64,000 nucleotides of DNA from Candidatus Micrarchaeota archaeon (GTDB taxonomy: Archaea > Micrarchaeota > Micrarchaeia > Anstonellales > Bilamarchaeaceae). The translations under genes were made by a program, and so were the position numbers. The notes beneath the pieces are model-generated. The model was not told where the DNA came from and searched no databases. It worked only from the letters and a program-made list of their open reading frames with translations. Location of the stretch: positions 357,200 to 421,199 of the forward strand of contig CAZYJW010000001.1 in NCBI GenBank assembly GCA_964647855.1, given 5' to 3'. The stretch's first letter is position 1. Every line of letters starts with the position of its first letter. This document shows positions 1 through 9,282 of this stretch, in pieces.

Positions 1-954
1 CTCGTTGTAGTGGATGTAGAGCACGCCCTCGCGCATTCCACCCGTGCCCATGAAGAATGCGAGGAAAACGAGGAACAGGGCGGCCGAAGCCATCATGTTG
101 GCCGTGGGGCCGGCGACAAGCACCCTCGTCTGCTTCGGGGCGTCGGCCTTCTCCAGCCTCTTCTCGTCCGGCTCCACGAACGCCCCTATCGGGATGATTC
201 CGAAAAGCACGATTCCCGAAGAAAGGAGCGGAACGCGCGCGATGCGGGTCAGGACCGCATGCGCGCCCTCATGCACGGCCATCACAACCGCGAGGGCGAT
301 TATGCCCTCGAAGAAAGGCAGGTTGATGCCCGGGAGGAGGATGTCCCCGCCCGCGCTCACCCTGGATATCGCGTCGGTGCCGAAGAAGAGGCTCGTCACG
401 AGCGCCCTGAAGATGAAAATCCCGTAATACACGATTCCGAAAAGGATGAGCAGGAAAAGGCCGCCCGCAAGCAGCATCAGGGAGACAATCAGGAGGCCCG
501 CGTCCTGGCTTCCGCCCAGCGATTCGGAAGCGGACGTGCTCGCGCTTCCTATTCCGACGACATAGAGCAGGAATGCGAACGCCACCGGGGCCACATAGAC
601 CATGAGGAAGGCAAGCAGCGCGAATCCGCATGCCGCGCTCTTCGCGGACACGTTCCTGCGCATCAGCTTCGCGCTGAGCAGCCCGTAGCTCATCGTCGCG
701 CCCACGTCGGCGAGGAAGCTGGCGAGGCGCTCGTTTTTCGCGAGCACGTCTATGAAATCCACGCCCCTCCTGCTTTTCAGAAGGACCAGGCCGAGCTCGC
801 TTGGCATCTTATACCTCCTTATAAGGAGCTGGTTGAGCGCGACCATCTCTATGACGACCAGCAGGAACTTCCACGTGCCGGGGATGTCGAGCTGGAAGAC
901 GATGATGTAGAACAGTAAGAGGGCTAGTGCCACTGCGAGCGCGAGAATCATCAT
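1..954 (-). CDS. Site-2 protease family (M50) zinc metallopeptidase, C-terminus beyond window start (partial)
   Basis: Minus-strand frame from the ATG at 952-954 (MMILALAVALA...) is open to position 1. It encodes a polytopic membrane protein with AVHEGAHAV (HExxH) typical of M50/S2P. It is absent from the ORF track only because it has no in-window stop. The + ORF 10..918 is its antisense shadow. Confidence 0.6.
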   Translation of the reverse strand, partial: MMILALAVALALLLFYIIVFQLDIPGTWKFLLVVIEMVALNQLLIRRYKMPSELGLVLLKSRRGVDFIDVLAKNERLASFLADVGATMSYGLLSAKLMRRNVSAKSAACGFALLAFLMVYVAPVAFAFLLYVVGIGSASTSASESLGGSQDAGLLIVSLMLLAGGLFLLILFGIVYYGIFIFRALVTSLFFGTDAISRVSAGGDILLPGINLPFFEGIIALAVVMAVHEGAHAVLTRIARVPLLSSGIVLFGIIPIGAFVEPDEKRLEKADAPKQTRVLVAGPTANMMASAALFLVFLAFFMGTGGMREGVLYIHYNE

Positions 955-1007
955 GGAGGTGGATTGATGCCTAGGGATTATAATATCTATGGCGGAATAT
1001 CGCCGTC

Positions 1008-1484
1008 ATGGAGCTTTATTGCGATATCTGCGGCCGGGGGCCCGTCCGCGCCCAGATACTCATAGAAGGCGCGAAGGTGCTCGCATGCGGAAGCTGCATG
1101 AGGGGCGGCAAGATACTCCACAGGTTCGACGAGGGGGGCGAGCCGCTTGTGAAGCCGCCATCCGGGTCATCGGTTGAGAGCAGCGAGGAGGTCGTCGAGG
1201 GCTTCGGGAGGATAATAAAGAACGCCCGGGAGAAGTCCGGCCTTCCGCTCGCGGTTGTCGCCGAGCGCGTGCGGGAGAAGGAGAGCTACCTGCAGGCCCT
1301 CGAGCACGAGCGCTTCATGCCGACCCTCGATGTCGCACGGAAGCTCGAGAAGGAGCTCGGCATCAGGCTCGTCGAAAAGTCGCAGAGCGCCGCCGGAGGA
1401 ACGACGCCCATGGGGGGGCGGGGGTTCTCCGAGCCCACCCTTGCCGACATGGTAGAGGCAAAAAAGAAGGGGAAGGGGAAATGA
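1008..1484 (+). CDS. mbf1: Archaeal multiprotein-bridging factor 1 (aMBF1), N-terminal zinc ribbon plus HTH_XRE
   Basis: N-terminal CDICG..ACGSC zinc ribbon, then helix-turn-helix (LPLAVVAERVREKESYLQALEHERFMPTLDVARKLEKELGI), the arrangement typical of archaeal MBF1. Confidence 0.75.
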   Translation: MELYCDICGRGPVRAQILIEGAKVLACGSCMRGGKILHRFDEGGEPLVKPPSGSSVESSEEVVEGFGRIIKNAREKSGLPLAVVAERVREKESYLQALEHERFMPTLDVARKLEKELGIRLVEKSQSAAGGTTPMGGRGFSEPTLADMVEAKKKGKGK

Positions 1485-1521
1485 GGGCGCTTCCGCAGCT
1501 CCTGGGGGGGGCCTGAACCGG

Positions 1522-2559
1522 ATGGGGGTCGACCTGGGCGATTTGGCGGTCAAGCACGCCATAACGCTGGACTCGCTTTCAGGGAAAGCCATCGCGATAG
1601 ACGCATTCAACATGCTCTACCAGTTCCTCTCCTCGATAAGGCAGGAGGACGGCACGCCCCTCATGGATTACAAAGGAAACGTCACGGCGCATCTTTCCGG
1701 CCTTTTCTACCGAAACTGCAAGCTGCTGGAGCACGGCATAAGGCCCATTTATGTCTTCGACGGCAAGGCCCACGCCTTCAAGGAGCGCGTCCAGGGCGAG
1801 CGGGCCGAGGCGAAGCGCAGGGCCGAGGAGAAGTGGAGGGCCGCCCTCGAGCAGGAGAAGCTCGAGGAGGCAAAGAAATTCGCCCAGGGGACATCGCGCC
1901 TCAGCGGGGCGATGGTGGAGGAGAGCAAGAGGCTTCTCGACGCGATGGGAATCCCGGCCGTCCAGGCGCCCTCCGACGGCGAGGCCCAGGCCGCGATGAT
2001 GGTCCAGCAGGGGCTCGCCCATGCGACGGCATCGCAGGATTACGACGCGATGATGTTCGGCTCCCCGCTCCTTGTGCGCAACCTTTCCATAACGGGCAGG
2101 CGGAAGGTTCCGCGCCAGGACAGGTACATCCTCGTGGAGCCTGAACTGATAGAGCTCAAGGAAACCCTATCGTCCATCGGGCTGGACCGGGCCCAGCTGG
2201 TGCTTATCGGCATACTGCTCGGCACGGACTTCAACGAGGGCGTGAAAAGGGTGGGGCCGAAGACCGCCCTCAAGATTGTGAAGGAGCACAGGACCCTGGA
2301 TGCCGTGGCGGCATATGTGAAGGAAAAGTACGATTACAGCTTCGAGGTCGACGCGGAAGAGGTCATGAACCTGTTCCTCGACCCGCCCTATTCGCCGCCG
2401 GGCGAGCTGAAGTGGCGGCCAATCGACGGGGCGCGCGTCCGGAGGATGCTCGTTGACGAGCACGATTTCTCAGAGGACCGCGTGGGCAGGATGGTGTCCG
2501 AGGTGGAGCGCATCGCAAAGGAGCGCTCGGCCCAGAGCAAACTGGACGACTGGTTCTGA
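1522..2559 (+). CDS. fen: Flap endonuclease 1 (FEN-1)
   Basis: 345 aa; N-terminal MGVDLGDL...AIDAFNMLYQFL...PIYVFDGK and conserved GIPAVQAPSDGEAQAA nuclease motifs of the FEN-1/XPG family. Confidence 0.9.
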   Translation: MGVDLGDLAVKHAITLDSLSGKAIAIDAFNMLYQFLSSIRQEDGTPLMDYKGNVTAHLSGLFYRNCKLLEHGIRPIYVFDGKAHAFKERVQGERAEAKRRAEEKWRAALEQEKLEEAKKFAQGTSRLSGAMVEESKRLLDAMGIPAVQAPSDGEAQAAMMVQQGLAHATASQDYDAMMFGSPLLVRNLSITGRRKVPRQDRYILVEPELIELKETLSSIGLDRAQLVLIGILLGTDFNEGVKRVGPKTALKIVKEHRTLDAVAAYVKEKYDYSFEVDAEEVMNLFLDPPYSPPGELKWRPIDGARVRRMLVDEHDFSEDRVGRMVSEVERIAKERSAQSKLDDWF

Positions 2560-2568
2560 GGCGATGCG

Positions 2569-3234
2569 ATGAAACGCGGCACCATCTACTGGCTGGCGCT
2601 CCTCTTCCTCTCTGCCCTTTATGCCTTCGGGACGAGGCTGGTATCCATAGAGGCGCTTGCGATACCCCTGTTCGTGCAGTCTGCGCTCTCCTATCATTAT
2701 GCGGCGACGCGGGGGCGGGGTTTCGCGAAGGGCTCCGGGGTCTTCGTGCTGCTCGGCCTCATCACCCCCATAATACTTATAATCATGATTCTCGCGAGCT
2801 CGGGCCAGGCATTCACGCCCTTGGACGCCGCCGCAATCGTAGCCCTGATCGCGCTGGAGTTCCGCTTCGCCCGCGGCCCGGACAGCCTGGCCTACCTCGA
2901 GCTCCTTGCAATGGGCTCGATAATGCTCCTGCCCCACGAGCGCATCGTGGCGGACCCCCTCATCCCGGTCTTCGTCTTCCTGCTTCTATCACTGGCAATC
3001 GTTGCGAGGGCCTCCAGGGGGGCGGCGCCCGAGGGCGGGCGCAAGGATGCCCCGGAAACACTGGGCTCGTTCCTCGGGCTCGACCGCGCGTTCCGCTCGG
3101 CGGGCCCGCCCGCCCTCCTCGCGGTGTCGGCCTCGGTCATCCTGTCGTTCGCGCTCCATGCTTCGCCCGGCATGGCCGTGCCGGTTTCAATCTGCTTCCT
3201 TTCCTTCGGCAGGCTGATATCCGCTCAGGATTAG
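2569..3234 (+). CDS. Hypothetical polytopic membrane protein
   Basis: 221 aa with several hydrophobic segments and no recognisable family motif. Confidence 0.45.
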   Translation: MKRGTIYWLALLFLSALYAFGTRLVSIEALAIPLFVQSALSYHYAATRGRGFAKGSGVFVLLGLITPIILIIMILASSGQAFTPLDAAAIVALIALEFRFARGPDSLAYLELLAMGSIMLLPHERIVADPLIPVFVFLLLSLAIVARASRGAAPEGGRKDAPETLGSFLGLDRAFRSAGPPALLAVSASVILSFALHASPGMAVPVSICFLSFGRLISAQD

Positions 3235-3236
3235 GC

Positions 3237-3848
3237 TCATCGTTCAGGGAGGTCCACCAGGCTTATCCAGCCCTCATCGCCCTGGCGCAGCATCCTTCTT
3301 TCCACAAGGTCGATTATAGTGGAGGCGGTACCGTACTTCGTCCTGCCCCCGTCAATCGCCACGTCAGCGGCATCGAGCACGGGCTTCTCCACGTCCGCGA
3401 GGCTAACCGGGGGCGGCTTTCCGGTCGGGTTCGCGCTCGTGGTCACAACCGGCCGGCCCAGCCTCCGGCACAGCTCCCGGCAGAACCGGGAATCAGGAAT
3501 CCTCACGCCCAGCGTGTCCGTTTCCGATGCCGGAAGAGGACGCACCTTCCTCAGGATGAACGTGTAGGGCCCGGGGAGGTATCTCCTGAGAATCATGTCC
3601 TCCCATACGCCGGTATCGCAGTAGTATTCCACCATGCCCAAATCGGGCATCATAACCGAGAGCGGCTTCCCCCCCTCCACGCCCTTCATCCGGAGCACCT
3701 TTGCGACCGCGTCGGCGTTAGTCGCGTCCGCCCCAAGCCCGTAGACGGTGTCGGTGGGGTACACGAGCGTCCCCCCCGTCCTGAGCAGCGCGACCGCCAC
3801 GTCCACCGCGGCGCCATAGTCCTCCTCGGTTATCGTAAGAACCGTCAT
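3237..3848 (-). CDS. sua5: L-threonylcarbamoyladenylate synthase, Sua5/YrdC family
   Basis: TLVYPTDTVYGLGADATNADAVAKV...VTTSANPTGKPP motifs of YrdC/Sua5. The likely start is Met at 3846-3848 (MTVLTITEE), which overlaps the lysK stop (ATGA); the ORF-track start at 3893 is probably an upstream extension. Confidence 0.75.
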   Translation of the reverse strand: MTVLTITEEDYGAAVDVAVALLRTGGTLVYPTDTVYGLGADATNADAVAKVLRMKGVEGGKPLSVMMPDLGMVEYYCDTGVWEDMILRRYLPGPYTFILRKVRPLPASETDTLGVRIPDSRFCRELCRRLGRPVVTTSANPTGKPPPVSLADVEKPVLDAADVAIDGGRTKYGTASTIIDLVERRMLRQGDEGWISLVDLPER

Positions 3849-5368
3849 GCCAATCCCATGTCCTTCTTCACCCGCTCGATTCCGAGCGCGCACAGCAGCT
3901 TGCCCATGCGCGGCCCGCGCTCCTTGCCGAGCAGCGCCAGGTAGAGGTCCGCGAAAAGCGCCTTGGGCTCGCAGCCTCCTGCCTTTGCGTAATCGAAGAC
4001 CGCGTTGTGCACGGCGAGGGCGTCCATGCCCTCACGAAGGCTCCCGAGGAAGCCGAGCGCGGCTGCGGTCGCCTTCGCCCGGTCCGGCCGGTATTTGAAG
4101 CGGTAGTCGTCGGGCATGAAGTCGCGCGAAACCCACTCCTCCACGAACGGCCGGAGGTATCCTACGCCCTGCGCGTCGCCTGTCAGCCTTGCGACTTCGC
4201 TCCAGTCGTGGTGTATCTGGTAATAGAGCAGAACGTCAAGGAATCCCACCTTCCACTTCAGCGTCTCGGCGGAAAGCTCGTAGGCGATGGCCATCTTGCG
4301 CTCGTGGCGGTTGAGCGCCTCCTTGTCGCCCTTCGCGAGCTCCGCGGCCTTCTGGAAGTCGTCCATCGTCTTCAGCATGCTCTCCGCCGTGGGGTTGATG
4401 TCCACGTTCTCCTCCAGGTCCGGCTTCACAAGAATATACCTTATTATCTCGGGCGGGACGAGCCGGACCAGGTCCGAGACCCCCATCCCGATGCCCTTGG
4501 ATTTCGAGTATTTCTTCCCCTGGAACAGGATGAAGCCGTACTTGAAGGGGATATGGTAGTCCGCCTTCATGAGGCCGAGCGTGATTTCCCTGCACGTGTC
4601 CTCGGAGCCGCCCCTCGTGTGGTGGTCCATCCCCGCGCCTTCTATGCTGGTGTGGAATATCTGCTTCCATGCCGGCCAGTGCAGCCTCCATGTTATCTTG
4701 TACCTGTGGTCCGCTATCCGCGCCTTCCCGCGGAATCCGCATCCCTTCGTGTACTTCACGTCCCTGTCGCACGCGTATTCGTATTCCTCTCCGTCATGCG
4801 AGAGGACGCGCGTCGTGGCGATTTTGCCGCAGCCGGAGCAGATGGGCATTATGGGCGACCAGTCCTTCTTCTCCTGCTTCCCGCTGCTCTCCTCCACAAT
4901 CCGCTTCGCCTCGGACTCGTTCTTCAGGTAGAAACGCGCCCATTCGTCGAATTTCCCCTCCCCATAGAGGTCGTTCATGCGCAGGACCGCCGCCTTGACG
5001 CCGAATTTTCCCATTAGCGCCCGGACCTCTTCCAGGAAATGGTCCCCGAAGCTGGGGGACCTGCCGGTGGGGTCGGGCACGTCGCACAGCGGCTTTCCGA
5101 GATGCCGCTCCAGCTCCTTCGAATGCGCCTCCATCGCCACGGGCACCGAGTCGAACGCGTCCAATATGTCCGCGAGGAAATAGAACGTCGCCTTCTTCCC
5201 CCTCCTCTCGAGCTGCCTGCGTATGGCGTCCGGGAAAAGGAACTCGCATAGGGTTCCGAGGTGGGCGGGCCCGGAGGTGGTGATTCCGCTCGTGATGACA
5301 TACGGCTCCTTCTTCTCCGCGATGACGCGCTCGGCGAGCCACTCCGACCAGTGCTTGTGCTCCGACAT
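3845..5368 (-). CDS. lysK: Lysyl-tRNA synthetase, class I (archaeal type)
   Basis: 507 aa; HIGH-type motif PAHLGT near the N-terminus and KMSKS-type KYSKSKG, the architecture of class I LysRS. Confidence 0.85.
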   Translation of the reverse strand: MSEHKHWSEWLAERVIAEKKEPYVITSGITTSGPAHLGTLCEFLFPDAIRRQLERRGKKATFYFLADILDAFDSVPVAMEAHSKELERHLGKPLCDVPDPTGRSPSFGDHFLEEVRALMGKFGVKAAVLRMNDLYGEGKFDEWARFYLKNESEAKRIVEESSGKQEKKDWSPIMPICSGCGKIATTRVLSHDGEEYEYACDRDVKYTKGCGFRGKARIADHRYKITWRLHWPAWKQIFHTSIEGAGMDHHTRGGSEDTCREITLGLMKADYHIPFKYGFILFQGKKYSKSKGIGMGVSDLVRLVPPEIIRYILVKPDLEENVDINPTAESMLKTMDDFQKAAELAKGDKEALNRHERKMAIAYELSAETLKWKVGFLDVLLYYQIHHDWSEVARLTGDAQGVGYLRPFVEEWVSRDFMPDDYRFKYRPDRAKATAAALGFLGSLREGMDALAVHNAVFDYAKAGGCEPKALFADLYLALLGKERGPRMGKLLCALGIERVKKDMGLA

Positions 5369-5422
5369 GGTATCCGGGGAAACTTACCAGATAACACTTT
5401 TTATCTCTTGGGTTCGGGGGCA

Positions 5423-6274
5423 TCAGCCGGCAAGGGCCCTCTTCCAGAAGAAGTATGTCAGGCTGATGCCCGCAAGCGATATCACGGTCGCCTGAACTAC
5501 GGAAAGCGCGAGCGTCACTGCGAAAAGCAGGGCGAGCGCCGCCATGTCCGCCGCTGATGCCGCCACCACCGCCATCATTATCTGCTGGGCGAGGCCGAAC
5601 GCCAGAGTCAGGCCGACTATCACGATGACGAGGAGCGTGTCGAAAAGCACGACCGCCCAGGCGTTCCTCCTGACGAGGGCGTAAGAGTTGCGCATCGCGG
5701 TTATCGCGTCCGAGCCCCTCACGGCTATCTCGGCGGTCGCGAACTGCGTCCCTATGAAAAGCACGAGGAGGCCCAGCAGCGACAGCAGCATGATGGGCGG
5801 GACGAGCAGCACCCCGGCATCCGGTGCCGCAAGGCCCACTATGAGGGGAACGCCCAGGAGCACCAGCGCTATGCCCCCGATGGCCGCGATATAGGCGCCG
5901 ATGGGCCCGACCAGCCCAAGCGCCCTCCGCAGGATGCCCGGCCCGGGTTTCTTCCCGGCCGCCTCGATGATGCCGTATGGCACCGCGGCTATCGCGCTGC
6001 TGACGACAATGTAGAACACGAGGAGCACGAACAGGGCGAGTGTGAGCGCGATGTCCGGCTCTGCGCCGGCATCCACATACTGCGCCGTTGGGTCAAGCGC
6101 CGGGGAGCCCAGCACCACGCTCGCGCCGGCCATCGCCAGCATTAGCGCAAGCTGGAATGCTATCGCCAGCACCGCGACCTTCACGAATCCGAGGCCGGCT
6201 TCCTGCAGGTGCTTCCTGAAGAACCCCGCCGTGTCAGCGAGTGAGTCTACGAATACCTCTATCGCCCCTGCCAT
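5423..6274 (-). CDS. Hypothetical polytopic membrane protein
   Basis: Highly hydrophobic (~8 predicted TM segments). The start is probably MAGAIEV at 6272-6274 rather than 6316, which leaves 52 nt before the 5S rRNA. Confidence 0.45.
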   Translation of the reverse strand: MAGAIEVFVDSLADTAGFFRKHLQEAGLGFVKVAVLAIAFQLALMLAMAGASVVLGSPALDPTAQYVDAGAEPDIALTLALFVLLVFYIVVSSAIAAVPYGIIEAAGKKPGPGILRRALGLVGPIGAYIAAIGGIALVLLGVPLIVGLAAPDAGVLLVPPIMLLSLLGLLVLFIGTQFATAEIAVRGSDAITAMRNSYALVRRNAWAVVLFDTLLVIVIVGLTLAFGLAQQIMMAVVAASAADMAALALLFAVTLALSVVQATVISLAGISLTYFFWKRALAG

Positions 6275-6326
6275 GGCAGAGATGCATGAGCAACCTTTAA
6301 AAACACCTCGCAGCACGTATCTGGAA

Positions 6327-6442
6327 TGTCAGCGGTCACAGGGAGGGGGCAACACCTGATCCCGTTCCGAACTCAGAAGTTAAGACCCTCCACGGTGCTT
6401 TGAGTACTGCCCTACGGGCGGGAAAATGCACTGCTGCTGACA
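6327..6442 (+). rRNA. rrf: 5S ribosomal RNA (stand-alone, not linked to 16S/23S in this window)
   Basis: Contains the universal 5S core GGTCACAG...CACCTGATCCCGTTCCGAACTCAGAAGTTAAGAC and terminal helix I (TGTCAGCGG / CTGCTGACA); ~116 nt. It lies between two protein genes. Confidence 0.7.
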
Positions 6443-6483
6443 CTCATACTTCTCTTTTAATCGTTCTCCCCCCAATCCCATCC

Positions 6484-6999
6484 ATGGAATTCTTCGATGC
6501 GCTCGACAAACGCCGGTCGGTCAGGGAATATTCAGGCAAGCCGGTTGACGCACATTCGCTCAAGCGCCTGCTCGACGCCGTGATGCTCGCCCCCTCCGCC
6601 GGAGGCCTCCAGGCGTTTCGGATGTACCTGGTGCGGGATGAGGCGGCGAGGCGCTCGCTCTCCGAAGCGTCTTTCGGCCAGGAGTGCGTCGCGCAGGCCC
6701 CGCTCTCCATCGTCTTCACCGCGGACCAGAACCTCTCCGCGTCCAAATACGGGGAGAGGGGGTTCGAGCTTTATTCCGTGCAGGATGCGACGATAGCCGC
6801 GGCCTACATGCAGCTTGCCGCCGCGGCGCTCGGCCTCGGCTCGGTCTGGGTGGGCGGCTTCGACCCGCTCGAGGTCTCGCGCATAGTCGGCGCCGGGGCG
6901 TACGAGGTTCCGGTGGCGATTATCCCGCTCGGGCATCCAGCCGGGAGCCCGGAGCGCGCCCCGCGCCGGGCCGTAGGGGAGATGCTCAAGGAGGTGTGA
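6484..6999 (+). CDS. Nitroreductase family protein
   Basis: Start at MEFFDALDKRRSVREY; the RxSxRxF-like N-terminus and central GGLQAFR/ATIAAAYMQLAA are typical of the NAD(P)H nitroreductase fold. Confidence 0.7.
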   Translation: MEFFDALDKRRSVREYSGKPVDAHSLKRLLDAVMLAPSAGGLQAFRMYLVRDEAARRSLSEASFGQECVAQAPLSIVFTADQNLSASKYGERGFELYSVQDATIAAAYMQLAAAALGLGSVWVGGFDPLEVSRIVGAGAYEVPVAIIPLGHPAGSPERAPRRAVGEMLKEV

Positions 7000-7001
7000 G
7001 C

Positions 7002-7256
7002 ATGGCATTGGACGAGCGCTCGCGGGCGGAGAAGGACCTCCAAAAGCTATCCCGCATAATGGATGTCTTCCGCTCCTACGGCTTCGAGAGGAAATACCCG
7101 GAGGTTTACGAATATGCCATGAACTACGGCACGGACGCGAGGCACTATTTCGAAAAGGGCGACCATTTCACCTCGTTCGGGGCGGCGAACTACGCCTACG
7201 GCTTCATAGATGCCGTCCTCGTCATCGAGGGGAAGAAGGATGGGCATGTCCTTTGA
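7002..7256 (+). CDS. Small conserved archaeal protein (DUF357-like), upstream of and overlapping ksgA
   Basis: 84 aa (MALDERSRAEKDLQKLSRIMDVFRSYGFERKYPEVYEYAMNYGTDARHYFEKGDHFTSFGAANYAYGFIDAVLVIEGKK). Gene order with ksgA resembles the DUF357 partner seen in archaea. Confidence 0.45.
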   Translation: MALDERSRAEKDLQKLSRIMDVFRSYGFERKYPEVYEYAMNYGTDARHYFEKGDHFTSFGAANYAYGFIDAVLVIEGKKDGHVL

Positions 7257-7995
7257 GCGGAAGAAATCCCTGGGCCAGCACTTCCTCGAGGACAGGAACA
7301 TCCTCGCGCTGGAGGCCCGGCTTGCGGAGCCCTCCGGAAAGGTTGTCCTTGAAATCGGGCCCGGCGACGGCCGCCTTTCGGACGCCATCCTCGCCCTCGG
7401 GCCGAAAAAGCTTATCGCGGTGGAGAAGGACGCGAGATTCGCGGAATCCCTCAGGGGGAAGTACGCGGGCCGCGCCGATGTGGAGGTCGTGGAGGCCGAC
7501 TTCCTGGATTACGGCCCCCCCGCATTCGACGTCGCAATCGGAAACATCCCCTATTACATCTCATCGGACATCGTATTCCGCCTAGCAGGCATGAAGTTCG
7601 GGCGGGCTGTGCTGATGGTCCAGAAGGAGTTCGCGCAGAAGATGGTTGCAGGGCCCGGCGAGAGGAATTACGGGCGCCTTTCCGTGACGTCGCAGATCGC
7701 CTTCGAAATCAGGATGGAGCGGACGGTCCTGCGCCACCTCTTCCGCCCGGCCCCCGAAGTGGATTCGGCGATAATCGTGCTCAGGCCAACCGGGGCGCAG
7801 CTCACCCAGTTCCAGCAGAACCTGATACGCTGGCTTTTTTCGCACAGGAACAAGACCGTCAGGAACGCCCTGCGGGATTCCAAGATGTTCACCGAAGAGG
7901 AGATTGCGCGCGCCGGAGAATTCGGAAGGCGCCGGGTCCGCACACTTTCCAAAGGGGAGGCGCTGGAAATCGCAACCCTGCTCGAAAAATATTAA
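7240..7995 (+). CDS. rsmA: 16S rRNA (adenine1518/1519-N6)-dimethyltransferase KsgA/Dim1
   Basis: SLGQHFL, VLEIGPGDGRLS (SAM motif I) and GNIPYYISS motifs; start likely MGMSFERKK. Confidence 0.85.
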   Translation: MGMSFERKKSLGQHFLEDRNILALEARLAEPSGKVVLEIGPGDGRLSDAILALGPKKLIAVEKDARFAESLRGKYAGRADVEVVEADFLDYGPPAFDVAIGNIPYYISSDIVFRLAGMKFGRAVLMVQKEFAQKMVAGPGERNYGRLSVTSQIAFEIRMERTVLRHLFRPAPEVDSAIIVLRPTGAQLTQFQQNLIRWLFSHRNKTVRNALRDSKMFTEEEIARAGEFGRRRVRTLSKGEALEIATLLEKY

Positions 7996-8028
7996 AAGCG
8001 TGGGAGGCTATCCAATCCAGGTGGCAAT

Positions 8029-8307
8029 ATGAAGACACTGGCTGAATTCCGTGACGAGATGAAGGCATTGAGGATGGAGATGTTCCAGAACGCCGAGATG
8101 GCAGACACGAAGCTCGTGGCGAGCTGGGTGGACAGGCTGGTCCTCTCGCTCGAAGGCCTTGCGGACACCGTCGAGATGATGGGAACCGAGCTGGATGTGG
8201 CGAACGAATGCTGCTGCATGGCGGCACCGGCCCCCAAGGCGAAGAAAGCGCCCAAGACGGCCGGCAAGAAGAAGGCGAAGGCCGCGAAGAAGGGAAAGAG
8301 GCGCTGA
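8029..8307 (+). CDS. Small helical protein with lysine-rich C-terminal tail
   Basis: 92 aa; N-terminal helical part, a CCC motif, then APKAKKAPKTAGKKKAKAAKKGKRR resembling H1/HU-like basic tails. Confidence 0.4.
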   Translation: MKTLAEFRDEMKALRMEMFQNAEMADTKLVASWVDRLVLSLEGLADTVEMMGTELDVANECCCMAAPAPKAKKAPKTAGKKKAKAAKKGKRR

Positions 8308-8308
8308 G

Positions 8309-9278
8309 CATGCGGCTTCTGTTGACCGCCCTGGCGGCGCTGGTGCTGCTTTTCGGCTGCATACAGATGCCCGGGCAATCCCAGGCCGGGCAGGGCTCCG
8401 GAGGCACGGCAACGCCTCCGCAGGGCGCCCAGGATTCATCGGGGCCTGCGGGCGGGGCTGCTTCCGGCGATGGGGACGCCGGCGCGGAAGAGGCGGCTTC
8501 AGGAGGGACGCAGGGCACCGAACCCGCGGCGGCTGATGATGGCGCCGGGGACGACCAGGGCGAAGGCGAAAGCGCGGATGAAGGGCAGGCCGGAACGCAG
8601 GGGCCCCAAACATCGATTCCCAACCGCGACGTCTCATACAAGTCGGGCGCATGGGTAATCTACGGCACGATATACGAAAGCCAGTCGAAGTCGCCCACCC
8701 ACGCCGTGATCCTGCTTCCGGAGCTGGGGAAGGCGCGCGACAGCTACCCCGTTTCATTCATCGAAAGCCTGCACGCGCAGCTTCCTGATGCGGTCGTCCT
8801 CGCCCTCGACCTGCGCGGCCACGGCGAGAGCACGAACCTGGGAACCTACGACGAGTTCGTATCGGCCGATTTCAGGGACATGAAGACCGACGTCCTGAAC
8901 GCGAAGCCGTTCCTCCAGAAGGAATACCCCAACGTTGAGGAGTTCTACCTTGTGGGGGCGAGCATCGGCTCGAGCGCAGCGATACTCGCGGGCGTGCAGG
9001 AGAAGACGTTCCACAAGGTCGTGATGATATCGCCCGGGATGGATTACCAGGGGGTCGACATCGAGAGGGCGGCCGAGGACTACCAGTTCGACGTTCTCGC
9101 CGCCGCATCCAGCGGCGACGCCTACTCGTTCCAGTCGGCGAACACAATCCGCTCGCTGCGCTCGGCGCGGACCGTGGTGAAGTCGTACCCGGGCTCTGCG
9201 CACGGGGCGGGCCTCTTCGCCTCGAGCGAAGGCGAAAGCGAGCCGCTCTCCGCCGCAATCGTGGAGTTCCTGAAATGA
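8309..9278 (+). CDS. Secreted alpha/beta-hydrolase (probable lipoprotein)
   Basis: Signal peptide with LLFGC lipobox, a G/A/S/Q-rich low-complexity linker, then an alpha/beta hydrolase with GASIG (GxSxG) nucleophile elbow and LDLRGHGES. Confidence 0.65.
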
Positions 9279-9282
9279 GCGC

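Noticed and set aside
10-918. 302-aa + strand ORF rich in R/E/H/D (MDVEHALAHSTRAHEECEENEEQ...).
   Set aside because: Low-complexity, charged composition typical of an antisense read of GC-rich coding DNA. The minus strand encodes a coherent M50/S2P membrane metalloprotease with HExxH.
4007-5017. 336-aa + ORF, plus overlapping ORFs 4236..4772(-), 4569..4931(+), 4669..4998(+), 4794..5423(-).
   Set aside because: All lie inside the lysK coding region in other frames or strands. They are R/P/G/H-rich with no domain features; they are shadow ORFs.
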